DNA of 30,239 nt. It comes from a virus. Lineage: Duplodnaviria; Caudoviricetes. Positions 9,306 to 18,646 of this stretch are shown in pieces. The notes beneath the pieces are model-generated. The model was not told the origin of the DNA. It was given only the letters and a program-made list of their open reading frames with translations, and did no database searches. The stretch covers positions 1 to 30,239 of IMG/VR virus record IMGVR_UViG_3300032253_000231; one strand, 5' to 3'. Made by a program: the position numbers and the translations under genes. Each line of letters opens with the position of its first letter. Position 1 is the first letter of the stretch.

Positions 9306-9812
9306 ATGATGGTTCGATGGTTGGCACCGATCGCCCTTGTTTTGCTGCTGGCGTCCTGTGGCGAGGAGCCAAAGCCTGAAACGGTTTTTGAAATTCAAGG
9401 CACCTATGACAAAATCCAGATGGCAAATATTGAAAAAACGATCAATGTTTTTCGCAAGGCCTGCCCGAATTTGTTTGATAAATACTGGAGCGATGTGACG
9501 GAAGCGAAAGCAACCGTTTGGCCCCATTTTATGAAAGCCGTTTACGGAGAAGTCACCATGCCGTTTCTTGATCAGTATGGTTGGCGTTACTCGTTGTTTC
9601 TGGAAATCACCATCAGTGAAAATCCTCAAAAAATTCCATATTCCTATAATGCAAACGGGCACACCCTTTTTTATCATTTGGGCGGCGGTCGTCGTCCTGG
9701 CATCTCCTCTGCCAAGGTACAATCGCAACGCGTTTGCGGGTTTAAAGAGGACGCAGATAGAGATGTTTTTACATCCGTCCCCGGTCTTTCTGTCATGAGC
9801 GCGTTTGACTAG
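9306..9812 (+). CDS. Inverted moron lipoprotein, unknown function
   Basis: RBS GGAGAG; signal peptide with lipobox LLASC; fills the gap between tape measure and gpN; the only credible + strand gene. Confidence 0.85.
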   Translation: MMVRWLAPIALVLLLASCGEEPKPETVFEIQGTYDKIQMANIEKTINVFRKACPNLFDKYWSDVTEAKATVWPHFMKAVYGEVTMPFLDQYGWRYSLFLEITISENPQKIPYSYNANGHTLFYHLGGGRRPGISSAKVQSQRVCGFKEDADRDVFTSVPGLSVMSAFD

Positions 9813-9818
9813 TTGCAT

Positions 9819-11678
9819 CTAAGACCCCGTCATCATCATGCCGACATCGACGTCGACATTGACGTCCTTGCTGGAGCTTTTCAGGTCCTGGACACGGGTG
9901 TTGCCTTCGGCATCGACTTTTAGCTTGATGTCGACCGAATTTTTGTTGGCGGCGATGGCATCCCCGGCGACGATCCCGCCGAGTTTTTCACCGCCCATAC
10001 CACCCAATATTGCACCGATAATACTGCCGATAGCGGTTCCGATAACAGGTACAATGGCCGTGCCAATAGCGGCCCCGGCGGCGGCCCCGGCGGCGGTTCC
10101 GCCAAATCCGCCGATGGCTGTGCCGACGCCTTTTTTATCGCCTGTCTTGGACGCGGCATAAAGATCGCTGCCATATGATAATGCTGAAAGAGCAATAGCA
10201 GCGCCCCCGGCGAAGCGTCCCAGCAACCGACCGCTTCGCCCCGCCAGACCACGTAATCCCCGGCGACTTGATTTTGCAAGTCTGCCTGATTTTCCACCAC
10301 TGCCGCCACCATATCCCGTGCTGCCACCGGCTGGCCAGTTCACGACCATTACCGGCGTGGCACCGGCTTTGCCCGCCACACCGGCGAGCGCCTTGGCGGC
10401 ACCGCCTTTACGACCCGAAAACAGCGACCGTGCAGCTGCAGCTGTGCGTATGGCTTTTGATGCAACGACCAGGCCGCCTAACGCTGCCGCGCCATAACCA
10501 AGTGTTTTGATCATGGAATCAAGCTTTTCAGGGTCGAGACTGTTGATTGCGGAAGCTAAATCCTGTATCGGTTTGGTTAAATTGGTATCAGCAAAACGCT
10601 TTCCGGCCGTGAGCAAACTTGTTAAAGCCGCACCTGCCGTTTTTGCATTTCTAGCACTGTCTTTAAAAAGCTGTGAACCATCGCTTTTGACGTTCAAAAA
10701 ACTATCGAACGAGGCAAATCCACCCGTTTTATTGTATTCGATAATCGCACCAGTAAATGCACGCATGGCTTCTCCATCAAATATTTTTGAGACCTTTGAT
10801 GTATCGCCGTCCGTTGCACGAATGATATCTTTGACAATTTCGATCACGGATCGCATCCGCTTCGGATCATCCGGATCCATGATTTTAATGCCGCCTTTTT
10901 GCAACATTTTACGCTTTGCCCCATCGTTTAAAATTCTGATCAATGCTTCCATTGCTGTGGACGCTTGTTCTGGCCCAGCCGTTCCGCGTCTGATCATTTG
11001 CATCATCGCACCCATTTCTTTGATCGCTTGCGGACCTACACGGTTAAAAGAGCCGTAGGCGGATGTAATGCGCTCGCCTTGGGTCGCCAAATTTTGTAAA
11101 GTAAATGCGCCTGATTTGCCTTGATTGATCAGAGCATCCAATGAATTTGTAAATTCTTGACTGTTTTCAAGGCCAAACTTTTCATTCATATCAGCCAACA
11201 TCGCGCCAATATTTTGACCCTCGGCCCCGGTTGCACGTATGGCCAACCCGATGTTGCGCATATTGTCTTTGGCAAGGTCGAGGTTACCGGTTTTTTCGAC
11301 GATTTTATCAATGGCGGCCAGTATTTGTCCCGGATCGACACGGATATCCGGCGATTGCGCCACATCAAAAACCGATTTTTTCAACGCGTCCATTTCCTTG
11401 GCCGAGCGACCCGATTGCACACCCAGCTGGGTGATTTGCGTTTCCAGAGACACCAGATACCGAACAGCACCGGCCCCGGCGGCACCGGTAACCAATGCGG
11501 AATAACGATTGCCTATCCGGTCAAGTCCGCGCCCGGCAAATTTAGCAGCACGGCCGAGGCCGCGCAGGCTCTGCGAACTCTTTCTGGAAAACGTCCCGAT
11601 TTGCCGGGTCAGCCCGCGCGTTTTTTGCGCCAGATTACCGGCCAGATCGATTATCAAACGTGTTTTTAAATCACCCAT
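9819..11678 (-). CDS. Tail tape measure protein
   Basis: Ala/Gly-rich, 619 aa, after the chaperone; QGKSGAFTL..LA motif; hydrophobic G/A repeats near the C-terminus. Confidence 0.9.
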   Translation of the reverse strand: MGDLKTRLIIDLAGNLAQKTRGLTRQIGTFSRKSSQSLRGLGRAAKFAGRGLDRIGNRYSALVTGAAGAGAVRYLVSLETQITQLGVQSGRSAKEMDALKKSVFDVAQSPDIRVDPGQILAAIDKIVEKTGNLDLAKDNMRNIGLAIRATGAEGQNIGAMLADMNEKFGLENSQEFTNSLDALINQGKSGAFTLQNLATQGERITSAYGSFNRVGPQAIKEMGAMMQMIRRGTAGPEQASTAMEALIRILNDGAKRKMLQKGGIKIMDPDDPKRMRSVIEIVKDIIRATDGDTSKVSKIFDGEAMRAFTGAIIEYNKTGGFASFDSFLNVKSDGSQLFKDSARNAKTAGAALTSLLTAGKRFADTNLTKPIQDLASAINSLDPEKLDSMIKTLGYGAAALGGLVVASKAIRTAAAARSLFSGRKGGAAKALAGVAGKAGATPVMVVNWPAGGSTGYGGGSGGKSGRLAKSSRRGLRGLAGRSGRLLGRFAGGAAIALSALSYGSDLYAASKTGDKKGVGTAIGGFGGTAAGAAAGAAIGTAIVPVIGTAIGSIIGAILGGMGGEKLGGIVAGDAIAANKNSVDIKLKVDAEGNTRVQDLKSSSKDVNVDVDVGMMMTGS

Positions 11679-12154
11679 GCTGTTTTTCTTCCAGCTTATT
11701 TAAATAACTAATCACCCGTGTGGTAGGAAGGTTCAGAACTTCATTCATCGACCATCCGGTATTCATAGACAGCAAGATAATTGCGTCATCAAAACTATTC
11801 CGATGACGCAGAAGGTCGCCCCCGATTTTTCACCTTTTTTAAAGATGCTTCGGTCAATCCATCTGCCGCACCACGAATGATTTCGAGATCGATAGTTGAA
11901 AGCTTTTTAAGGTTGTCGATATCTATGGGACCGGCCAAATCTCCGATCCTGACAATTTGCCGTCCCAGCGATAGCAGCCCAACCATCGCCGGATTTGATA
12001 CCAATTCGTACCCATCCGGAGTTGTCACCAGTTTTTCTGCGTCGCTAAGAGCCGCGACCATATCGCCGACCGTTTCGTTGCGAATTTCAACGTCCATATA
12101 AACATCAGGGCCAATTTTAAGTCCATCGACTAATTTTTCTATGATTTTGTTCAT
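11671..12154 (-). CDS. Frameshift-extended tail chaperone (gp41 plus extension, equivalent to lambda gpGT / P2 gpE+E')
   Basis: GGGGGCGA at 11823-11816. The -2 frame reads GDLLRHRNSFDDAIILLSMNTGWSMNEVLNLPTTRVISYLNKLEEKQHG* and ends with TGA at 11673-11671, overlapping the tape measure start. Confidence 0.8.
11795..12154 (-). CDS. Tail assembly chaperone, Mu gp41-like
   Basis: Lies between tube and tape measure; L.DGL.IG…V.IR..TVGD…RQIVRIG…L..LS..DL pattern. Confidence 0.88.
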   Translation of the reverse strand: MNKIIEKLVDGLKIGPDVYMDVEIRNETVGDMVAALSDAEKLVTTPDGYELVSNPAMVGLLSLGRQIVRIGDLAGPIDIDNLKKLSTIDLEIIRGAADGLTEASLKKVKNRGRPSASSE

Positions 12155-12519
12155 TTTAACGGCTTTGCTTTTTTGCCTTCAAAACGAACCGGAATGTTTG
12201 CTTCTTCGGTTTCCGCATCGCCTTCATTTGCGTACCAGGCTTCGCTAAGGACGATAACTTTACCGTTGGCCAGCTCAAGGGTGACAGTGGCATTATCAAT
12301 CATAACAAGCTTTTCGAGATCAAAATCTGAATTATCTGTGATTTCACCTTCGATAAACGGGACCTGCTCCTTTTCTGTAAAACCATGCACGCCATCCGCT
12401 CCAATTACAGCTTCGCGTTTGGGCTTCCCCAAATTATATTTGAAATTTCCCTTGGCCGGGTATTGAATGCTATTAACTTTGAAATAGACCGTACCGGCCA
12501 ACCGATTTGGATTTGTCAT
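12151..12519 (-). CDS. Tail tube protein, Mu gpM
   Basis: R.AG..Y.KV, REAV.G.DGVHG..E, PFIEG and TVTLELANGK motifs; follows the sheath. Confidence 0.93.
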   Translation of the reverse strand: MTNPNRLAGTVYFKVNSIQYPAKGNFKYNLGKPKREAVIGADGVHGFTEKEQVPFIEGEITDNSDFDLEKLVMIDNATVTLELANGKVIVLSEAWYANEGDAETEEANIPVRFEGKKAKPLK

Positions 12520-12538
12520 TGTTTTTTACTCCTTAAAA

Positions 12539-14014
12539 TTAAAGTCTGGATTCGACCTGACCGGCGAAGAGTCGGAACTGGTTGATGACATCAGGCGGGA
12601 TTAGCGCATTGATACGGTTGGCGTCGTTGGCGTCCCGCTCGACAATCAGATCGGTTTTGAACTGATCGATGTTTTCAACCAGACCGGCGTCTTCCCATTG
12701 CCAGAACAACGCAATCAGTTCAGCACGGATGATTTTTGGCGTGACGATGGCTTGCCCGGCACCGAAGCGGGTGCCGTCATTGGCCAGTTTGAAGCGCGGG
12801 AATTTCAGCAAAATCCGTGCACGTACTGAATAGCGGAGGTACGCCAGCGTCTTCATGGTGTTGAGATCAAGATAACTGACGTCTTCGATACCGGCCGCAT
12901 TGGTTTTATACGTGGTAATCACGCGTTCGACCAGCACGATGCCGCCGTCGTCCACTTTCCATGTGGCAATACCGTCGAACAGCAACAAGTTGCGTTCGTT
13001 CATGGTGAAGCGGTCTTCGACAACCGGAGCCATGACGCCTTTTAACGGTAGCGTCTGGAACGGCCGGGCCGGATCGATTTTGGCGTAATAGGCGCAAACC
13101 CCGCCCAAAGCAGCTGCCCATTGACAGGGCTCGGTCGGTGATTTTTTGGCACCGATAATCGAGACGTGTGGCGAGTTGCGGGAATTGCCAAGCGTCGTTA
13201 AAGCCGCATGGGTTCCGGACGCGCCTATATAAGTGTGAGCATCCATCATGGTCAACGGCCCGAAACGGCTTAAAAGTTCTGCTTCCAAAGCCGTTAAGTT
13301 GGCGGCATCTGACCAGGCACAAACAATGTCCGTGTACCATTCCGATCCCATGGTGGCGATCACGGTCGATAAATCCGGGTTGCCGGAACCACCGGCCATG
13401 GCGGTGACGGTGGCCGTCAAACCGCCCGGTAAAACTTCACCAGAATAATAATTAACGCGGACATCGATGTCGTTACCGTTTTCGCCTTTGTGGCGGGCTG
13501 TGATGTCAACCTGCTCGGGCGTTACGCCGTTAACGGCGGCTGTGACCGACAGATCGGTTTTGGCGACAATGGCGGCAGCGACATTGGTGGCCACATTGGC
13601 GGGCGTATCGGTTGTGGCGACGCCGACGCGGATCCGTTGGCCACCAAGATAGATGTTGAGTGTGCCAGCCACTGTTACCGCACCGCCGAACAGAATGTTG
13701 CCTGCGGCCTGAACACCGGCGACGAGATCATCTTTGGCGATGGCCCAGACTTCGGTCCACGAATTGTTTTTCTTTAAGGCCCGAAACATCAGATGGAGTT
13801 GTGATCCGCGACCGAAGTATTCTTCGGCAGCGGCTTCCGATAATACGCGGATCGGCGTGTCGGCGGCGACGGTACCGGTTGCCAGACGTTGGCCGGTGAC
13901 CAGGATTTTGGTTGGCATACCGGGCAGACCGCGCAGGGCACCGGTGTTGATAATCTCGATGGCCGCACCAGGTGTGCGCAGATCGACAGGGATGGCATCA
14001 AATGAAAGGGTCAT
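12539..14014 (-). CDS. Contractile tail sheath, Mu gpL
   Basis: FGRGS.L, ARHKG..GN, DPARP.QTL.L, ERN.LL.DGI, ITTY..N and RKLA-type motifs. Confidence 0.96.
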   Translation of the reverse strand: MTLSFDAIPVDLRTPGAAIEIINTGALRGLPGMPTKILVTGQRLATGTVAADTPIRVLSEAAAEEYFGRGSQLHLMFRALKKNNSWTEVWAIAKDDLVAGVQAAGNILFGGAVTVAGTLNIYLGGQRIRVGVATTDTPANVATNVAAAIVAKTDLSVTAAVNGVTPEQVDITARHKGENGNDIDVRVNYYSGEVLPGGLTATVTAMAGGSGNPDLSTVIATMGSEWYTDIVCAWSDAANLTALEAELLSRFGPLTMMDAHTYIGASGTHAALTTLGNSRNSPHVSIIGAKKSPTEPCQWAAALGGVCAYYAKIDPARPFQTLPLKGVMAPVVEDRFTMNERNLLLFDGIATWKVDDGGIVLVERVITTYKTNAAGIEDVSYLDLNTMKTLAYLRYSVRARILLKFPRFKLANDGTRFGAGQAIVTPKIIRAELIALFWQWEDAGLVENIDQFKTDLIVERDANDANRINALIPPDVINQFRLFAGQVESRL

Positions 14015-14017
14015 CGG

Positions 14018-14197
14018 TTAATCCTTTTTCTTGGAAGTAACGGGTTTGGTTTTGACGACATCGCCGTCTTTCAGGCGGCGCTGCCAATAGGAATTATCAG
14101 CGACCTTGGCACCGTCTGCGGGCAAGGCCTTGCGGTTGACAGGATCGCGGACAATGATTTTCGGATTTGCGGGTTTTAAAAATAAAAGATCAGGCAT
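14018..14197 (-). CDS. Mu gp38-like small protein (DUF2635), 59 aa, missing from the ORF track
   Basis: Hand translation MPDLLFLKPANPKIIVRDPVNRKALPADGAKVADNSYWQRRLKDGDVVKTKPVTSKKKD*; VRDP…YW.RRL.DGDV signature; fills the gap. Confidence 0.9.
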   Translation of the reverse strand: MPDLLFLKPANPKIIVRDPVNRKALPADGAKVADNSYWQRRLKDGDVVKTKPVTSKKKD

Positions 14198-14200
14198 AAT

Positions 14201-14776
14201 TTATTGCTCCGGTTTGATTAAATCTTCGGCGTCGTTTTCAGCCGCAGGAAGAGGTGCGATAACGTTGCCCAGTGGCGGCAAGTCCCAGTCGCTGTGCAGG
14301 GTGACGAAGTTGTCGAGTGTGGTTTCATCAAGGGTCAGTTCCGTTACGTATGAAGTCTCGATCTCAATGGCGTAGATCGACAGATTTTTTTCATTGTGGA
14401 TTTGCACCACGCGACCGGGTTTGACCTCGCCAACATCGCTGAGACCAAGACCAAAAAGTAAAACGCGCCTCATATCTTCAACCATTTGATAGGTGCCGAC
14501 ATCCCCTGCGGCTCCCCGGCGCGCGGCTTTTTCATTGCGGCGATTTCGGGTTGCGCAAATTATCGAAAAACGGGGAACATGCCGCCACGCCGAACTGGCA
14601 ATTTGCTCCGGTTTGGCTTCGCCTGAAAAAGTCACGAAAACCGCCGGTGTGCGTTTGACGATCTCACTGGCTTTGGCTTCCAGTTCGCCGCCGTAGGATT
14701 TAACATCTTTCAAGGTGTAACCGAGCGCTGCGTCCTTCAGCTTATCAACTATGGCCTGTTCAATAGTCCCGATCAT
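14201..14776 (-). CDS. Mu gp37-like tail completion protein (DUF1834)
   Basis: IE.AI…L…V.SYGGE…PAV.V…R.G…G.YQ motifs; synteny. Confidence 0.85.
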   Translation of the reverse strand: MIGTIEQAIVDKLKDAALGYTLKDVKSYGGELEAKASEIVKRTPAVFVTFSGEAKPEQIASSAWRHVPRFSIICATRNRRNEKAARRGAAGDVGTYQMVEDMRRVLLFGLGLSDVGEVKPGRVVQIHNEKNLSIYAIEIETSYVTELTLDETTLDNFVTLHSDWDLPPLGNVIAPLPAAENDAEDLIKPEQ

Positions 14777-15240
14777 TGTTTAAACGCTCCGGCCAGATAA
14801 TCTTGAACGCTGGCTTCTATTTCCCGTTCGTCGTCGCTGTCAATTCCCAGAAACGGACGCGCCGGAATGGTGGCTGCAAGATTTCGACCGGCTTGTCCGC
14901 CTTCCTGGTGGATGCGCGCATAAACCATGTTGGAGCCGACTTCGACCTGATCACTGGACGCATTGTGGGTTATTGACCCGCTGAGATAGTCATCCAAGGT
15001 CAGAATTTTTGCTTTGCCATCGCGAGCGCGACGACGTTTGGCGTAAGCTGTTGACCACGGTTTCCATTTTTTCCCGTCCGGGCCCCGCTCGGCTTCAAAC
15101 CGATCCTGTGTTGATGTAACGAGACTGGCCCCGATATGATCAAGCAAAGGCTCCAGATTTTGCCCACGCTGTTCAAGACCGGCAAACACGCGGCGAATGA
15201 TTTTATCATCAACTTTAATGCTGAGACCGATGCCCGCCAT
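14773..15240 (-). CDS. Phage virion morphogenesis protein (Mu gpG-like)
   Basis: RF..E.GPDG..W, L..SI, VGSN..YA.IHQ.GG and IPARPFLG motifs. Confidence 0.92.
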   Translation of the reverse strand: MAGIGLSIKVDDKIIRRVFAGLEQRGQNLEPLLDHIGASLVTSTQDRFEAERGPDGKKWKPWSTAYAKRRRARDGKAKILTLDDYLSGSITHNASSDQVEVGSNMVYARIHQEGGQAGRNLAATIPARPFLGIDSDDEREIEASVQDYLAGAFKQ

Positions 15241-15659
15241 CAGAAATCCTCCAGCGTTTTACTGGTGAAGACCCGTTCGGGGCCATCGATGATGACCGCA
15301 TTGGTTCGCCCGGCAGGCTCAACGCCACCGACATCCAGTTCGGCGCGACCGACGGCAATATCTTTCAGAAAGGAAACAGCATCTTTATAGCCTGCAGCAA
15401 CTCTGTCACTGGGTTCATTATCGTGAAGAAAATAGCGTGCAAGATCGCAGGCCACTTTTTTAATCGCGGTCGGTGTTTGGCTAAGCGGCAAGTCATAACG
15501 TTTACTGATGTAGCTGTCGATCAGATCGCCCGCATCCGCAATGGCCGTGTCAATCACACCGGTATCGACCAAGCCATCGGCATCACGGTCAGCCAGTTCA
15601 AGAATTTCCGGCTGACTGAAACGTGTTTCAAGATCGGATTGTGTAATATAAACGGCCAC
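15240..15659 (-). CDS. Mu gp36-like head-tail connector (DUF1320)
   Basis: GTG start at 15659 (MAVYITQSDL); AI.DA…IDSY…RY.LPL, CDLARY.L and Y..A…L motifs. Confidence 0.9.
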   Translation of the reverse strand: MAVYITQSDLETRFSQPEILELADRDADGLVDTGVIDTAIADAGDLIDSYISKRYDLPLSQTPTAIKKVACDLARYFLHDNEPSDRVAAGYKDAVSFLKDIAVGRAELDVGGVEPAGRTNAVIIDGPERVFTSKTLEDF

Positions 15660-15789
15660 TTTTTTTCTTTCCAAACGCCCGCCGAAGATCTGGTTAGATC
15701 AACTCCGGCGGACTTCCTGTTCTCAGGCATTGTATGCGGGCTCCCTGCAGGCCCGGCTAACCCCGGACCTGCGGATCAAAGCCTCGGCT

Positions 15790-16005
15790 TCAGGTATTCT
15801 TGTTTTTGCCAGATCCGTCAGGACCAGGATTATCAGAAGTATTATCTGCATCCGATTTATCCTGATCGGGATTGAGCAACCGGCCTGTTTCGATGAGATG
15901 AGCGACGTCTTTGTCGTCGGCTTTGATTTTATCGCCTTCCACATACCGGTTACCGTCAAGGATAAGCGCCATGTCGCCTTTGAGTGTGTAAGTTTTCTTG
16001 GGCAT
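15790..16005 (-). CDS. Small head-region protein (gp35 position)
   Basis: Strong RBS AAGGAG; follows the capsid gene; DG.RY.EGD motif with an acidic tail. Confidence 0.75.
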   Translation of the reverse strand: MPKKTYTLKGDMALILDGNRYVEGDKIKADDKDVAHLIETGRLLNPDQDKSDADNTSDNPGPDGSGKNKNT

Positions 16006-16016
16006 TTCAATCTCCT

Positions 16017-16958
16017 TTACGCAACTGCGTCCTGAATGAAAAAACCGGCACGATTGGCGATTACCAATTCCTTGACGGTTTCACCGGCACGAACGATTTG
16101 CCCGCCACGAAGACCGATGTCGGTTTGTTTAGTGCCGCCAACCCGTTCACCGTATTGCGCTGTCATGCCGAAGGTGATACCGCCCGTTTCAGCATTTACG
16201 GTTTCATCGATGAACAGCCCGGAAATGTGTTTACCCCAGACCCGTGCCAGGCTGGCAGCCTGACCAGGCTTGTTCTGGTTAACCCGACTTTCGCCGACCA
16301 GAACTTCCTGGACTTCAAACAGATCGGCAACCTGTTGACGGGTCGCCCGGCCTTTGGTGCCAGAATTGTGTTGAACGGCGGCAACGATATCCGGATGGCG
16401 GGCCGTTTGTGACCAGGCCGTTTGTCCGAAGACCAGTTTGTTAGGCCGGAAAAGGCAAGCGTCCAGTAGGTCTGTGACCTGACCGATGGGATCAGAATTG
16501 GCCGTATCGGAAAACTGGCTGGTTCCCGACAACTGCACTTTGGTGCTGGCATCATAATTGGCGGCATTAAAAACAACCCCGGCGACACGAATTTCCCGGT
16601 CAAGCATCAACAGATTTGCCGACCGTTCAACGGCACCACGGCGCGGGTCGTAACCCTTTTTTTCGGCTTCGGCGATGGTGTCATTATCAAGGGGAATACC
16701 CAGACCATAATCATCGCACTTGGCCGTTTTTTCATCACCGTCTATTTCCACAAGATTGACAGACGAACGTCGGCCGACACGGGTATCGGGAACGGTGTAA
16801 TGATCAGCGACGTTATAATCCTGATACTTGAAACTTAGGGAACCAACGCGAACACGCGGCAGAACCCGGTCAGCGATCAGCGAATAGGCCGGGTTTTTAT
16901 AGGCAACCGCAATGGCAGTAAGAACCGGGTCCTCGATATATTGTTCGTAGGTGGGCAT
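16017..16958 (-). CDS. Major capsid protein
   Basis: DP.LTAIA..Y.N…IAD.VLPRV, RE.RVA, SDPI and G.RGG…R.GE motifs; RBS AGGAAG; synteny. Confidence 0.9.
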   Translation of the reverse strand: MPTYEQYIEDPVLTAIAVAYKNPAYSLIADRVLPRVRVGSLSFKYQDYNVADHYTVPDTRVGRRSSVNLVEIDGDEKTAKCDDYGLGIPLDNDTIAEAEKKGYDPRRGAVERSANLLMLDREIRVAGVVFNAANYDASTKVQLSGTSQFSDTANSDPIGQVTDLLDACLFRPNKLVFGQTAWSQTARHPDIVAAVQHNSGTKGRATRQQVADLFEVQEVLVGESRVNQNKPGQAASLARVWGKHISGLFIDETVNAETGGITFGMTAQYGERVGGTKQTDIGLRGGQIVRAGETVKELVIANRAGFFIQDAVA

Positions 16959-16985
16959 TGTTGTCTTCCTTTTTCTTAAAAGCGG

Positions 16986-17363
16986 TTAACCCTGGATACG
17001 ACCAGGCTGGATGAGAATGCTGCCGATATCACCGGCAACAGCGGAAACCATGGCGCGGCCGATAACGACCTCGTTAACACCGGCAGCGGGAGCTGCAGCA
17101 ATCGCTTTGCCGCTGGCATCCGAGGTCACGAAGTCGCCCTGTGTAACGACACCGCCGAATTCAACATCCCTGATGCCGTCAAGATAAACATCAACACGGT
17201 CACCGATTGCGGCTGCACCACGCGGCCCAGTGACGCCCAGCAACAAATCCGTGTTGGCGGCCGCTTCAGCAACTTCGCCTTCGGTGGCTGTGAATTTGAC
17301 GATCCGTCGTGGCAGGATCGCCGCACTGGCCGTCATATTTTTAATTAAACCAAACTCGTTCAT
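16986..17363 (-). CDS. Capsid decoration/cement protein (DUF2190-like)
   Basis: Ala/Gly/Val-rich, 125 aa, between protease and capsid; G..VTSDA.GKA…IG.A…A.AGD. Confidence 0.8.
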   Translation of the reverse strand: MNEFGLIKNMTASAAILPRRIVKFTATEGEVAEAAANTDLLLGVTGPRGAAAIGDRVDVYLDGIRDVEFGGVVTQGDFVTSDASGKAIAAAPAAGVNEVVIGRAMVSAVAGDIGSILIQPGRIQG

Positions 17364-17839
17364 TGGTCCGTTCCTTTCATAACGTGATCAACCGCATCGG
17401 ACGTCGAAACCGTGACGCCCTTGGTACGCATTTCTTCCTGGTAGGCCACCGCATCTCGAGCGGTTTCAGTGGCGCTGGCATTTTCAACTGCAGGAATATC
17501 GCCGCCCGAGCGTTCTGAAAAATCGACCCGGTTTGGCAAAGAGCCCAAAAAGTCGACCAGAAACGCTTTTTGCGTTTTTTCATCGCCCTCACCAAAAGAC
17601 ACGGTCTCCTGGTCATCAAGCTTGGCCATGAATTGAGCCAATGGCTTTTTTTCGGCAGGCAGGACCTGTCCGGATTTAACCAGACCATCGAGGACTTCAT
17701 TGGCCTTGGCGGTGCGTTCACGTTCGGCAAATTTTGCTTCACGATCTTTTAAGGTTTGCTCGCGCCGGTCCAGTTCTGCGGTATCCGGTTGAGCAGGTTC
17801 GGCGGCAACAGCCACCGGCGTTTTTGGCGACGGGTTCAT
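17360..17839 (-). CDS. Putative internally initiated scaffold (Mu gpZ equivalent)
   Basis: In-frame ATG at 17839 (MNPSPK…) preceded by AAGGAACCGACG; the coiled-coil C-terminal half follows. Confidence 0.6.
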   Translation of the reverse strand: MNPSPKTPVAVAAEPAQPDTAELDRREQTLKDREAKFAERERTAKANEVLDGLVKSGQVLPAEKKPLAQFMAKLDDQETVSFGEGDEKTQKAFLVDFLGSLPNRVDFSERSGGDIPAVENASATETARDAVAYQEEMRTKGVTVSTSDAVDHVMKGTDQ

Positions 17840-18538
17840 CGTCGGTTCCTTTTCAGTTGTGGTTAAAGAGAGAGGGGCTTCGTTAAAACTCCTGGCGCTG
17901 TCAGGCTGTGGCGCGCTGATAATTTGGGCGGCTTCTTCGGCACCGGTTTCCAGATCAAACTTTTCGATGACTTTGTTGGCTTTTTCAGAGCCGTATTCTT
18001 CGATTAGAAATTCACGCAGAGAGCCAAGAATTCGATAGACACGTTTGAGCGACCAGCCTGTCTCCGATTCAGGGGCGGCAAAATCGACGGTCATGGTTAT
18101 GGCATCGTCGTCATCTGCGAACTCAACCGGTTTCAAGCCCTTGACAGCGGGCGGCTGGGCTCCGAGAAACCCAACGTGTCTGAGGGCGAACACTTCCGGC
18201 GTCGGATTGTTGGATGCACCGGGCTTGTAAAAGCTGGCTGAAACTTTTTTAAACCGACCGGCGGAAACCATTTCAGCAAATTCCGGATCGACCTGGTGCG
18301 GGATGGCCGTCAACGCGTTTTCTGAAAATTCCAGCTCTTTTACCCAGCCGTATGCCGGGGCATTGGCTTTGGGATGGCCGATCACCAGCGGCGCTTCATG
18401 GGCTGACGGATCGTAGGCGGCAGCCGTTTCTGCCAGATCACTTTCCGAAAACGAGATATCCGCACCAGACATATCACGGTGATGCCCCGTGCGAAAAATC
18501 TCGATAGGTTGGCTTTCGTCACCAGCCTTTTTGTTCAT
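17360..18538 (-). CDS. Prohead protease/scaffold, Mu gpI-like
   Basis: IEIFR.G.H, HEAPLVIGHP, PAYGWV, G.FKK.SASFY and LRHVGFLGAQPPAVKGL motifs. Confidence 0.93.
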   Translation of the reverse strand: MNKKAGDESQPIEIFRTGHHRDMSGADISFSESDLAETAAAYDPSAHEAPLVIGHPKANAPAYGWVKELEFSENALTAIPHQVDPEFAEMVSAGRFKKVSASFYKPGASNNPTPEVFALRHVGFLGAQPPAVKGLKPVEFADDDDAITMTVDFAAPESETGWSLKRVYRILGSLREFLIEEYGSEKANKVIEKFDLETGAEEAAQIISAPQPDSARSFNEAPLSLTTTEKEPTMNPSPKTPVAVAAEPAQPDTAELDRREQTLKDREAKFAERERTAKANEVLDGLVKSGQVLPAEKKPLAQFMAKLDDQETVSFGEGDEKTQKAFLVDFLGSLPNRVDFSERSGGDIPAVENASATETARDAVAYQEEMRTKGVTVSTSDAVDHVMKGTDQ

Positions 18539-18627
18539 GGGTTATCTCCTGAAAGACGCCGAAAGTTAAAAAGCGGTCAAACCGCTGTTTCGAGAGACAT
18601 CATTTCAGGTTGGGTGCCATCAAATAA

Positions 18628-18646
18628 GGGCGCAACGTTTGCGCCC
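18628..18646. promoter_or_regulatory. Dyad GGGCGCAA-N3-TTGCGCCC, putative Mor/C activator site of the head-operon promoter
   Basis: Perfect 8-bp inverted repeat upstream of the protease gene; identical arms at 26412-26430. Confidence 0.75.

Noticed and set aside
9264-9818. 184-aa minus-strand ORF and the N-terminal extension of gpN to 9426
   Set aside because: Both are the shadow of the + strand lipoprotein, which has an RBS and a lipobox; gpN homology begins at 9264.
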